Assembly (NCBI RefSeq): GCF_000284455.1
Contig: NC_017039.1
Coordinates: forward strand, 2,880,001-2,912,000
Source: Synechocystis sp. PCC 6803 substr. PCC-P
Lineage (GTDB): Bacteria > Cyanobacteriota > Cyanobacteriia > Cyanobacteriales > Microcystaceae
Length of the DNA stretch: 32,000 bases
Direction of reading: 5' to 3'
A program made the translations under genes and the position numbers. Below, piece by piece: positions 1 through 9,028 of the stretch (positions are counted from its first letter, which is position 1; every line of letters starts with the position of its first letter). Below the pieces are notes generated by a model. The model was not told the origin of the DNA and made no database searches. It saw nothing but the letters and a program-made list of their open reading frames with translations.

Positions 1-1647
1 CACATTGACCCCCAGGATAATCGGGTGCTGGTGCAGATTCGTCAGGGTGGTAATCTCCGGATGTTGCTTGAACCCCTGCCTAGGGAGTTAGGCCCCAAAT
101 TGGTCGCCAGGGTGAAAACCATGGCCCATTTGGACACCAGCCAGACCAACATCCCCCAAAAGGCCCGCATCCGCAAAAGTTATAATGGCCAGTCAGTATT
201 TTTCTACGTCAATATTCTGCCCAGTTTTTACGGTGAAAAAATACTGGTACGGGTGGTTCCTCACCTAGAAAAATTACCTGATTTTGCCCAACTTTGTGGC
301 GATCGCCAGAGCCAGGAAAGTTTACAAAGATTAGCCCAGGAATCCCAAGGTTTAGTGGTGGTAATTGGGGCGGCCTATGGCGGCAAAACCACTACCATGG
401 AAGCTTTTTTGGGACAGCAGTTGGACCAGAATCGCTCCGTTGCCTTGGTGTCCGATCCCCTTGTCCATGTTTATGAAAACATTAATCAGCTAGAAGTAAA
501 CCCCCAAAAGGACTTTACCAGCGAAAAGGCAGTGCAGTCCCTCCAGGATCAATGGCCCGCAGTGATGGCAGTGGATCCCTTGGAGGATCAGGAAACAGCC
601 CAAATTTTGACCCAAGTCCTCAACCAAGGCCATTTAGTTTTCACCTCTGTCATTGCCAAAGATGTGCCCTCGGCGATCGCCCAACTGCAGCAATGGTTTG
701 AACCAGCGGTATTGGGGCAACACCTGAAGGGCATTGTTTCCCAGCGGCCAGTGCGACGGGTCTGTCCAGCCTGTCGTTTGAGGGGGGAAGTGACACCGGA
801 AGAGCAACAACGTTTTGGTCTGCCTCCGGGAACTATTTATCGGGCTAACAGTTTGAGTATGGAGTTGATGGCCCAACCCATGATCAAAAGTCGTCTCTGT
901 CGTCAGTGCCATGGCCTTGGTTACTCTGGCATGACGGGGATATTTGAGGTCGTGGCCATTACTCCTGAGCTCCAACAGTTAGTCAGTAGCCCCTGTTCCC
1001 ACGCAGAAATTATCAATGGTTTAAGTCAAGCTGGCATTGCTAGTCCCGCTCGCCAGGCGATCACCCTAGTGAGTCAGGGAGTCACCACCCTCGAAGAAGT
1101 GACCAGACTTTTTCCCCAATTGCCCCGGCAACTATCGCCCCGATCGTCCCCCCCTGAAGCTATTAGTGCACAATCATCACCAATGACTCCCCCCGCAACT
1201 CAAACCATCCCAGGGGAAACTATGTTCTCCGATGACCAATGGTGGCAACGTCTGCAACAACTGGAAAAATCTGTGCAGGAGCTTAACCGTGCCCTGGCGG
1301 ATTTGAAAAAAATGGCTGGCGATCGCCCTTCTGCTCACCGTACCCGGGCTGGCGATCATCATTCCCCATCGGCTGCTGGCCCCAACTTAGACCTCATGGC
1401 AGAATTGCAGGCCCTGGAGGATTTATCTGCCCACAAAAGGCCCAAGGCTAGGGACAGACATGAACAAGCCGTAACCGTTATGGAAGGTTTTGATCAAATT
1501 GAAGAATTATTAATTGACGATCAATTGGGCCAACCTGCCGCTGCCCCCTTCAATGCCGGGGAGGAAACCTTTATTGCAGAAGAAGAAGCTAACGTCCCGG
1601 AGGGGAAAAAATTTAATCCGTTTAAATCTGTGATTGACCCCTGGTAA
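1..1647 (+). CDS. GspE/PilB-family secretion/type IV pilus assembly ATPase homologue (PilB2-like), 5' end truncated by the window edge
   Basis: Frame is open from base 1 (HIDPQDNRVLVQIRQGG...). Contains LPSFYGEKILVRV, Walker A GAAYGGKTTT, DQETAQ, and the CPAC...CRQCHGLGYSGMTGIFEV zinc/CTE region typical of GspE/PilB. The Asp box and Walker B region are non-canonical. Confidence 0.9.
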   Translation, partial: HIDPQDNRVLVQIRQGGNLRMLLEPLPRELGPKLVARVKTMAHLDTSQTNIPQKARIRKSYNGQSVFFYVNILPSFYGEKILVRVVPHLEKLPDFAQLCGDRQSQESLQRLAQESQGLVVVIGAAYGGKTTTMEAFLGQQLDQNRSVALVSDPLVHVYENINQLEVNPQKDFTSEKAVQSLQDQWPAVMAVDPLEDQETAQILTQVLNQGHLVFTSVIAKDVPSAIAQLQQWFEPAVLGQHLKGIVSQRPVRRVCPACRLRGEVTPEEQQRFGLPPGTIYRANSLSMELMAQPMIKSRLCRQCHGLGYSGMTGIFEVVAITPELQQLVSSPCSHAEIINGLSQAGIASPARQAITLVSQGVTTLEEVTRLFPQLPRQLSPRSSPPEAISAQSSPMTPPATQTIPGETMFSDDQWWQRLQQLEKSVQELNRALADLKKMAGDRPSAHRTRAGDHHSPSAAGPNLDLMAELQALEDLSAHKRPKARDRHEQAVTVMEGFDQIEELLIDDQLGQPAAAPFNAGEETFIAEEEANVPEGKKFNPFKSVIDPW

Positions 1648-1747
1648 CCCAAAAACCATTGCTTTGTTCGGCTCATAGAACACAGAACAGCCAAGACTAG
1701 ATAAACCCGGTGAAGCAGAAATCCCAAGCCCTTGAACGAGGGAACTC

Positions 1748-2104
1748 TCAATTCTTAGTGGATGGCAAAGGCTGGAAAAAAATTCTGCCCATCCACAGCA
1801 AACACACCAGGAAATAACCGGTGGTGATCAGACCATTTAGGTACATTAGTCTAAATGCGGCCAATTCCCCCGCGCCCTGGCCAGTCCCCCAGAGTAATAG
1901 GTACAGGCAGAGCCAACCTAGGGTTAATTGCAATGACCGACGACTTAAACGGCGACGTTGACGGTGATGCTGATTGTCGCCCCAGTTAGGTTGGTCTGGT
2001 TGGCGTAACTGCCAGAGGGACGGTAATATGCCCACTACGGGAAGCAGGTATAAACAAAGTTGTAGGCGCATTAGTTTCGTGTCGGCAAAACGCTCTTCGT
2101 TCAC
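1748..2104 (-). CDS. Small hydrophobic cyanobacterial membrane protein of unknown function; an internal ATG at 2071 is a plausible start
   Basis: ORF with several hydrophobic segments (LCLYLLPVVGILPSLW, LTLGWLCLYLLLWG, LNGLITTGYFLVCLLWMG). Divergent from rnhA. Confidence 0.6.
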   Translation of the reverse strand: MNEERFADTKLMRLQLCLYLLPVVGILPSLWQLRQPDQPNWGDNQHHRQRRRLSRRSLQLTLGWLCLYLLLWGTGQGAGELAAFRLMYLNGLITTGYFLVCLLWMGRIFFQPLPSTKN

Positions 2105-2184
2105 TCTGATTTTCCATCCTGCTTATGATCCCAGCTTGACCAGCGCTGATTTTCCCATTAACCCTAACCTTGCTGAATTTGTCC

Positions 2185-2667
2185 ATGGCCTCTACCCCCA
2201 ATTCCGTAACTCTCTACACCGATGGTGCCTGCTCCATGAATCCTGGCCCTGGTGGCTATGGCGCAGTGATTCTCTACGGTGATGGTCGTCGGGAGGAATT
2301 GTCCGCCGGTTATAAAATGACCACCAATAATCGCATGGAAATTATGGGGGCGATCGCCGCCTTGAGTCATTTACAAGAACCGTCCCAAGTGTTGCTCTAT
2401 ACCGATTCCCGCTATATGGTCGATGCCATGAGCAAGGGTTGGGCCAAGAAATGGAAAGCCAACGGATGGCAAAGGAATGCCAAGGAAAAGGCCAAAAACC
2501 CCGACCTGTGGGAAACGATGTTAACGCTGTGCGAAAAACATCAAGTTACATTCCAGTGGGTCAAAGCCCACGCTGGCAATAAGGAAAATGAGCGGTGCGA
2601 TCGCCTAGCGGTGGCCGCCTATCAAAATAATCCCAACTTAGTAGATGAAGGCTTCGGCAAATTCTAG
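2185..2667 (+). CDS. rnhA: Ribonuclease HI
   Basis: VTLYTDGACSMNPGPGGYGAVI, NNRMEIMGAIAAL, LLYTDSRYMVDAM, WVKAHAGNKENERCDRLA. All RNase HI catalytic motifs present; ATG at 2185. Confidence 0.97.
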   Translation: MASTPNSVTLYTDGACSMNPGPGGYGAVILYGDGRREELSAGYKMTTNNRMEIMGAIAALSHLQEPSQVLLYTDSRYMVDAMSKGWAKKWKANGWQRNAKEKAKNPDLWETMLTLCEKHQVTFQWVKAHAGNKENERCDRLAVAAYQNNPNLVDEGFGKF

Positions 2668-2882
2668 GGGGCAAAACTTAACCAATTTCCATTTCCTATC
2701 TAGGCTTTGCCAATTCAACGATTTTCCCTCAATAGCAAACGGGGGAATTTTTTTCGTGCCCAATTTCCAGCCCTAGCGGAGATTAGCTTTTTTCACCATG
2801 TCATTATTTTGCCAAAAAGTTTGCTGTTAACATCAATGTTCTGTGTTATATGTTGGTTAAATACCATCTAGTAGGTTTCCCA

Positions 2883-3638
2883 ATGGCAACGCTAGAAGCC
2901 CCCCCCCATAGTCTGCAACACCAGGAAATTCCCCCCAGCCATCGTATTTTGGTCGTTGAAGACGAGGTTTCCATTCGTGAAACCATTGTCCTATCACTGC
3001 AGGAAGAAGGTTATGAAGTTTATGCGGTGGACGATGGACGTGATGCCTTAGCTCTGTTGCAAGAATTTAGCGAAGACCCCGGTCAGGCCGCCGTAGACCT
3101 GATCATTCTGGACATCATGCTTCCCCAGGTAAACGGCTTAGATGTATGTCGTAGTTTGCGCTTTGGTGGCGATAATACCCCGATTTTAATTGTCAGTGCC
3201 AAAGGCAGTGAAATGGAAAAAGTAACTGGCTTGGAAGTGGGGGCCGATGACTACATCACTAAGCCCTTTAGCCTGAAGGAATTGGTGGCCCGTTGCCGCG
3301 CCATGATCCGTCGCCAGGGCTTGGCTGGTAATAACATTGCCCCATTCCGCAAATTTAGGGATTTGGTGCTTTATCCCCAGGAGTGTCGGGTGTTAATGCG
3401 GGGAGAAGAAGTGAGTTTGGCCCCGAAGGAATTTCGCCTATTGGAATTGTTCATGAGCTATCCCCGTCGAGTCTGGTCTAGGGAACAGTTAATTGAACAT
3501 ATTTGGGGCATTGATTTTATGGGAGACAGCAAAACGGTGGATGTCCATATCCGCTGGCTACGGGAAAAGCTGGAACAGGACCCCAGTCAGCCGGAATATT
3601 TAGTCACAGTGCGGGGCTTTGGCTATCGTTTTGGTTAG
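2883..3638 (+). CDS. sphR: OmpR-family two-component response regulator, matches the phosphate regulator SphR (slr0081)
   Basis: Receiver domain (RILVVEDEVSIRET, LIILDIMLPQVNGLDVC, GADDYITKPFSLKEL) plus a winged-helix OmpR DNA-binding domain (VSLAPKEFRLLELFMSYPRRVWSREQLIEHIWG...KTVDVHIRWLREKLE). The symbol rests on recalled gene identity. Confidence 0.85.
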   Translation: MATLEAPPHSLQHQEIPPSHRILVVEDEVSIRETIVLSLQEEGYEVYAVDDGRDALALLQEFSEDPGQAAVDLIILDIMLPQVNGLDVCRSLRFGGDNTPILIVSAKGSEMEKVTGLEVGADDYITKPFSLKELVARCRAMIRRQGLAGNNIAPFRKFRDLVLYPQECRVLMRGEEVSLAPKEFRLLELFMSYPRRVWSREQLIEHIWGIDFMGDSKTVDVHIRWLREKLEQDPSQPEYLVTVRGFGYRFG

Positions 3639-3815
3639 AAAATTATTATTTATTTAAACTTTTTTGCTCAGAACCTCCTCCATTTCCTCAATGGGACTAA
3701 TGGGGGAATTTTTCGCCATATTTCTATCTATTGCTGGATTAAGGCGACTTTTCTGTGGGCATTTTCAACGTCAGAGTAGGAGAATATTGGGAGTAATGTC
3801 AGGAAATGTATAACA

Positions 3816-3848
3816 TTACACCAAACGACCTCAGGTTTTCTGGTGTAA
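3816..3848. promoter_or_regulatory. 8-bp perfect inverted repeat (TTACACCA...TGGTGTAA) just upstream of a TACAAT -10-like hexamer at 3855-3860, in the rimO leader region
   Basis: Sequence TTACACCAAACGACCTCAGGTTTTCTGGTGTAA. Its 3' arm precedes CTGTTACAAT. Confidence 0.5.
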
Positions 3849-4009
3849 ATCTGTTACAATGTCTTTACAAATAAAAAGGGTCTGACCACCGTTCCCCATC
3901 CGCAGGCTGTATTTACAGAATTTGCTGATCATTGCCTGGTTTAGTCCCTACCCTACATCCCTTGGACTCGAACTCAGTCAATAGTCAGTTAATCCCTAGT
4001 AATTAATTT

Positions 4010-5341
4010 ATGGGCCAAACGCCAACGATCGCCATCAACCATTTGGGTTGCGAAAAAAACCGCATTGATTCTGAACATATGTTAGGCCTGCTGGTGGAAG
4101 CGGGTTACCAAGTCGATGCCAATGAAGAATTAGCAGATTACGTCATTGTTAATACCTGTAGTTTTATCCAGGATGCTCGCCAGGAGTCGGTGAGAACCTT
4201 AGTAGAACTAGCGGAAGCAAAGAAGAAAATCGTTATTTCCGGTTGCCTGGCCCAGCATTTCCAGGAGCAACTTTTAGAAGAAATTCCCGAAGCGGTGGCC
4301 GTGGTGGGCACCGGGGATTACCAAAATATTGTTGATATTATTCGACGCACGGAACAGGGTCAGCGAGTTAAAGCCATTTCCCCCAATCCCAGTTTCATAG
4401 CCGACGAAAATTTGCCACGTTATCGCACCACCAACGAGGCGATCGCCTATCTGCGGGTGGCGGAAGGCTGTGATTATCGCTGTGCTTTTTGCATCATCCC
4501 TCAACTACGGGGCAAACAACGGTCTCGCCCGATTGAATCTATTGTGGCGGAAGCCGAACAACTGGCTAGCCAAGGGGTAAAGGAATTAATTCTCATCTCC
4601 CAAATCACCACCAATTATGGATTGGATCTGTATGGGGAGCCGAAACTGGCAGAACTATTACAGGCCCTGGGTAAAGTCGATATTCCTTGGATTCGTATTC
4701 ACTACGCCTATCCCACCGGATTGACCCCCAAAGTAATTGAGGCAATTCGGGATACTCCCAACGTCCTCCCCTATTTGGATTTACCCCTGCAACATTCCCA
4801 TCCCGACATTCTCAGAGCCATGAATCGCCCCTGGCAGGGCCAAGTCAACGACGACATCATCACTAGACTAAAAACTGCCCTTCCCGACGCTGTGCTACGT
4901 ACCACCTTCATTGTTGGTTTTCCTGGGGAAACCGAGGAACATTTTGGGCATTTGCTAGACTTTGTCCAACGCCATCAATTTGACCATGTGGGAGTGTTTA
5001 CTTTTTCCCCAGAGGAAGGCACCGCCGCCTTTGATCTGCCCAATGCTGTGCCCGAAGAAGTAATGGGCGATCGCCGGGATCGGTTAATGGCTCTGCAACA
5101 GCCCATTTCCGCCCAGAAAAATGCCGCTTGTTTGGGGCAGACCCTGGATGTGCTGATCGAGCAGGAAAATCCCAGCACTGGGGAATTCATCGGCCGATCA
5201 ACCCGCTTTGCTCCAGAGGTGGACGGATTAGTCTATGTCAAGGGCAATGCCAATTTGAATGAAATCGTCCCGGTCGTGATCACTGCCACCGACGATTATG
5301 ACCTGTACGGTATGACCGCCGAGGAGGCTAAGGTTTTTTAG
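4010..5341 (+). CDS. rimO: Ribosomal protein S12 methylthiotransferase RimO (radical SAM, MiaB-like)
   Basis: [28 protein letters not shown], radical [41 protein letters not shown] (TRAM region). Confidence 0.95.
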   Translation: MGQTPTIAINHLGCEKNRIDSEHMLGLLVEAGYQVDANEELADYVIVNTCSFIQDARQESVRTLVELAEAKKKIVISGCLAQHFQEQLLEEIPEAVAVVGTGDYQNIVDIIRRTEQGQRVKAISPNPSFIADENLPRYRTTNEAIAYLRVAEGCDYRCAFCIIPQLRGKQRSRPIESIVAEAEQLASQGVKELILISQITTNYGLDLYGEPKLAELLQALGKVDIPWIRIHYAYPTGLTPKVIEAIRDTPNVLPYLDLPLQHSHPDILRAMNRPWQGQVNDDIITRLKTALPDAVLRTTFIVGFPGETEEHFGHLLDFVQRHQFDHVGVFTFSPEEGTAAFDLPNAVPEEVMGDRRDRLMALQQPISAQKNAACLGQTLDVLIEQENPSTGEFIGRSTRFAPEVDGLVYVKGNANLNEIVPVVITATDDYDLYGMTAEEAKVF

Positions 5342-5471
5342 CTATTGAACTAAGGGGATGGACTGGCTGTGTTATTGACGGTTGGTTCCCAGCCATTCCC
5401 GCAAACTTTTTAATCCTTAATTATTTGCCCACTAAACCGTCTTTTGTTATCCGAAATTATTTAACTTTTCC

Positions 5472-6950
5472 ATGACTAATACTTTGACTAGTACCTTCGC
5501 TGACCTTGGTCTTTCTGAAAAACGTTGTCAACTCTTGGCCGACATTGGCTTTGAGGCTCCCACCCAAATTCAAACTGAAGCCATTCCCCTGCTTTTGAGC
5601 GGCCGGGACATGCTGGCCCAATCCCAAACCGGCACGGGGAAAACCGCCGCCTTTGCCCTACCTTTGATGGACCGCATTGACCCAGAGGGGGACTTGCAAG
5701 CCTTAATTTTGACCCCCACCCGGGAATTGGCCCAGCAGGTGGCGGAAGCAATGAAGGACTTTTCCCACGAGCGCCGTCTATTTATTTTGAATGTGTACGG
5801 TGGTCAATCCATCGAGCGGCAAATTCGCAGCCTAGAACGGGGTGTGCAAATTGTGGTGGGCACCCCTGGACGGGTGATTGACCTAATTGACCGCAAAAAA
5901 CTTAAATTAGAAACCATCCAATGGGTGGTGCTGGATGAAGCGGACGAAATGCTGAGCATGGGCTTCATTGACGATGTGAAAACCATTCTGCGTAAAACTC
6001 CCCCCACCAGGCAGACCGCTTGTTTTTCTGCCACCATGCCCCGGGAAATCAAAGAATTGGTCAACCAATTTTTAAATGATCCCGCCCTGGTGACCGTTAA
6101 ACAGACCCAATCCACCCCCACCCGCATTGAGCAGCAGCTTTATCACGTGCCCCGCGGTTGGTCTAAGGCTAAAGCGCTACAACCGATTCTGGAAATGGAA
6201 GATCCCGAATCCGCCATTATTTTTGTTCGTACTAAACAAACCGCCGCAGACCTCACCAGTCGTTTGCAAGAAGCGGGCCATAGCGTGGATGAGTACCACG
6301 GCAACCTGAGCCAATCCCAACGGGAGCGTTTGGTGCACCGTTTCCGGGATGGCAAAATTAAGCTGGTGGTGGCCACGGACATCGCCGCCCGGGGTTTAGA
6401 TGTGAATAACCTCAGCCATGTGGTCAACTTTGATTTACCCGATAACGCTGAAACCTACATTCACCGCATTGGCCGCACCGGTCGGGCTGGTAAGACTGGT
6501 AAGGCGATCGCCTTGGTGGAACCCATTGACCGTCGTTTACTGCGATCCATCGAAAACCGTCTGAAACAACAAATTGAAGTTTGTACCATTCCTAACCGTT
6601 CGCAGGTGGAAGCCAAGCGGATTGAAAAACTGCAGGAACAACTCAAGGAAGCCCTGACCGGTGAGCGGATGGCCTCCTTCCTTCCTTTAGTGCGGGAATT
6701 GAGCGATGAGTACGATGCCCAGGCGATCGCCGCTGCTGCTTTACAGATGATCTATGACCAGAGCTGTCCCCATTGGATGAAATCCGATTGGGAAGTGCCG
6801 GAAGTTGATTTCAACAAGCCCGTTCTCCGTCGTGGCCGCAATGCTGGCGGTGGCCAGAACAAAAGTGGGGGTGGTTACCAAGGTAAACCGGGCAAACCCC
6901 GTCGCTCCAGCGGTGGCCGTCGTCCTGCCTATAGTGATCGCCAACAGTAA
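5472..6950 (+). CDS. crhR: DEAD-box RNA helicase, cold/redox-responsive CrhR
   Basis: AQSQTGTGKTAAF, PTRELAQQV, GTPGRVIDLI, VLDEADEML, SATMP, ATDIAARGLDV, HRIGRTGRAG; Gly/Arg-rich C-terminus. Confidence 0.95.
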   Translation: MTNTLTSTFADLGLSEKRCQLLADIGFEAPTQIQTEAIPLLLSGRDMLAQSQTGTGKTAAFALPLMDRIDPEGDLQALILTPTRELAQQVAEAMKDFSHERRLFILNVYGGQSIERQIRSLERGVQIVVGTPGRVIDLIDRKKLKLETIQWVVLDEADEMLSMGFIDDVKTILRKTPPTRQTACFSATMPREIKELVNQFLNDPALVTVKQTQSTPTRIEQQLYHVPRGWSKAKALQPILEMEDPESAIIFVRTKQTAADLTSRLQEAGHSVDEYHGNLSQSQRERLVHRFRDGKIKLVVATDIAARGLDVNNLSHVVNFDLPDNAETYIHRIGRTGRAGKTGKAIALVEPIDRRLLRSIENRLKQQIEVCTIPNRSQVEAKRIEKLQEQLKEALTGERMASFLPLVRELSDEYDAQAIAAAALQMIYDQSCPHWMKSDWEVPEVDFNKPVLRRGRNAGGGQNKSGGGYQGKPGKPRRSSGGRRPAYSDRQQ

Positions 6951-7010
6951 ACATTGATTCAGATAGCCTGTTTGAAAAAATAAAGCCGGGTTAATGACTC
7001 GGAAAAAAAT

Positions 7011-7042
7011 AACTCCTCCAGAACTAAGACCCTGGGGGAGTT
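7011..7042. terminator. Probable terminator between convergent crhR and argC
   Basis: AACTCCTCCAG (7011-7021) pairs with CTGGGGGAGTT (7032-7042), an 11-bp stem with one G.U wobble and a 10-nt loop. It is followed by TTATTTTTTT on the minus strand and TTTACTTT on the plus strand. Confidence 0.7.
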
Positions 7043-7092
7043 TTACTTTGATGGCAATTGGCTCAGATTGGGATGTTTTTCCAACCGAATAA

Positions 7093-8148
7093 CTAGGGAT
7101 AAAAAGCCAGTTGGGGCAAGCCTAAGGATTCTTCCCAACCCATCATGAGGTTTAAGCATTGCACTGCCTGCCCTGCCTGGCCTTTGACCAGATTATCAAT
7201 GGCGGAAAGGACAATTACCCGCCCAGTGCGGGGGTCCACTTCGATGCCAATGTAGCAAAGATTCGTCCCCCAAGCCCATTTCGTTTGGGGGTAAACCCCG
7301 TGGGGCAGAATTTTCACAAAGGGGGAAGCCCGGTAAAAAGCACTGTAAATGGTGATCAGATCATCCCGCACCAAACCCGGATCCCGCAGGGTGGCATAAA
7401 CGGTGGCTAGGATACCGCGCACCATGGGGATCAAGTGAGGCGTGAACTGTACCCTTAGCTCCGTACCGGCCAAATCACTGGCAATCTGTTCAATTTCAGG
7501 GGTATGGCGGTGTTTAGCTACTCCGTAGGCCCCCAAAGATCCTTCTGCTTCTGCTAGGAGCATGTTAACTTTTGCCTCTCTACCTCCCCCGGAAGTACCG
7601 GACTTAGCGTCAATAATGGCAGTTTCGGGCACAATGAAACCCTGTTTCAGCAACGGGGAAAGGGCTAGTAAACTGGCGGTGGGATAACAGCCGGGGCAAC
7701 CAATTAGTTGGGCATCCCTAATAGCATCCCGGTACAATTCCGGCAGGCCGTAAACAGCTTGGTTATTGGTGGCTTGGTCCTGACGATCCTTTTTGTACCA
7801 TTCCGTGTAGGTGTTAAGATTGCGGAAACGATAGTCCGCCGACAGATCTAAAACTTTACAACCTTTGGCCAATAATGCCGGGGCCATGTCACAGGCTAAA
7901 CCATTGGGCAGACCAAGGAACACCGCATCACAACGGCTGGCGATCGCCTCTAGGTCAATGGGTTCGATGGTGAGGTTTACCCGGTGGGTTAAATGGGGAT
8001 AAAGATCACTGTAGGGCTTGCCTGCACTGCTGTGCCCCGCTAGGTAGGTCAATTCCACCTGGGGATGTTCCAACAATAAACGTACTAGCTGAATGCCGCC
8101 ATAGCCCGACGCGCCAATGATACCGACTCTAGCTTTTTCATTCCCCAT
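7093..8148 (-). CDS. argC: N-acetyl-gamma-glutamyl-phosphate reductase
   Basis: [57 protein letters not shown] at 8148 (MGNEK) preferred over the TTG at 8157. Confidence 0.96.
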   Translation of the reverse strand: MGNEKARVGIIGASGYGGIQLVRLLLEHPQVELTYLAGHSSAGKPYSDLYPHLTHRVNLTIEPIDLEAIASRCDAVFLGLPNGLACDMAPALLAKGCKVLDLSADYRFRNLNTYTEWYKKDRQDQATNNQAVYGLPELYRDAIRDAQLIGCPGCYPTASLLALSPLLKQGFIVPETAIIDAKSGTSGGGREAKVNMLLAEAEGSLGAYGVAKHRHTPEIEQIASDLAGTELRVQFTPHLIPMVRGILATVYATLRDPGLVRDDLITIYSAFYRASPFVKILPHGVYPQTKWAWGTNLCYIGIEVDPRTGRVIVLSAIDNLVKGQAGQAVQCLNLMMGWEESLGLPQLAFYP

Positions 8149-8393
8149 GGTTCTCAAATCTCAAATAATGCCAACAGATTAGTGAAATTGGTGTGTTGGC
8201 TGAATTCTAATATCAAAATTGCCCAATGGCGAACTTGATCCCCGGTTTAGCAAAGATTTTTTCCGGGATCCTTCTGCCCAGAGATATTGCTAGTCCGTCC
8301 TGGGGAGCGGTCAACTTTGCGTACAATGGCTAGACGGGGGTTAGGTCCGATCATCAATGGTCTAACTCTGTCCTACTTTGCGTCTTTTTTCCC

Positions 8394-9026
8394 ATGGGTT
8401 ACATCGCCGTCGTTGATTATGATATGGGCAATCTCCACTCCGTCTGTAAGGGTTTGGAGAAAGTGGGAGGCAATCCCCTGGTAACGGACCAGGCCCACGT
8501 TATCGACGGTGCTACGGCTATTGTCCTGCCGGGGGTAGGTTCCTTTGATCCAGCGGTGCAGCATTTGCGGGCCAGGGGTTTGGAAGAGGTGCTCAAAACG
8601 GCGATCGCCAAGGGAATTCCTTTTTTGGGCATTTGTTTAGGTTCCCAACTGCTATTTGACAGTTCTGAAGAAGGCCAGGAAACGGGGCTGGGCATTATTC
8701 CCGGACAAGTGAAACATTTCCGTTCCGAGCCGGGACTGACCATTCCCCACATGGGCTGGAATGGATTGCAGTTTAACCAACCGGATTTATGTCTCTGGCA
8801 AGATTTACCCCCGGAACCCCAAGTTTACTTCGTCCACTCCTACTACATGGCTCCCCTTGATCCCCAGGTAATTGCCGCTAGTACCACCCACGGCAGTCAA
8901 ACCATCGCAGCGGCGATCGCCAAGGATAATGTGATGGCGGTGCAATTCCACCCGGAAAAATCCTCCACCCTGGGGCTAAAAATTTTGGCTAACTTTGTCA
9001 AAAAAGTTGCTTTGAGCGATATTTAA
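8394..9026 (+). CDS. hisH: Imidazole glycerol phosphate synthase glutaminase subunit HisH
   Basis: VVDYDMGNLHSV, LPGVGSFD, PFLGICLGSQLLF, HMGWNG, AVQFHPEKS. Confidence 0.97.
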   Translation: MGYIAVVDYDMGNLHSVCKGLEKVGGNPLVTDQAHVIDGATAIVLPGVGSFDPAVQHLRARGLEEVLKTAIAKGIPFLGICLGSQLLFDSSEEGQETGLGIIPGQVKHFRSEPGLTIPHMGWNGLQFNQPDLCLWQDLPPEPQVYFVHSYYMAPLDPQVIAASTTHGSQTIAAAIAKDNVMAVQFHPEKSSTLGLKILANFVKKVALSDI

Positions 9027-9028
9027 CC

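Noticed and set aside
1521-1751. 76-aa minus-strand ORF at the 3' end of the pilus-type ATPase gene
   Set aside because: Overlaps a strong coding region and shows no protein-like features.
8417-8752. 111-aa minus-strand ORF within hisH
   Set aside because: Antisense to conserved glutaminase motifs; no independent support.
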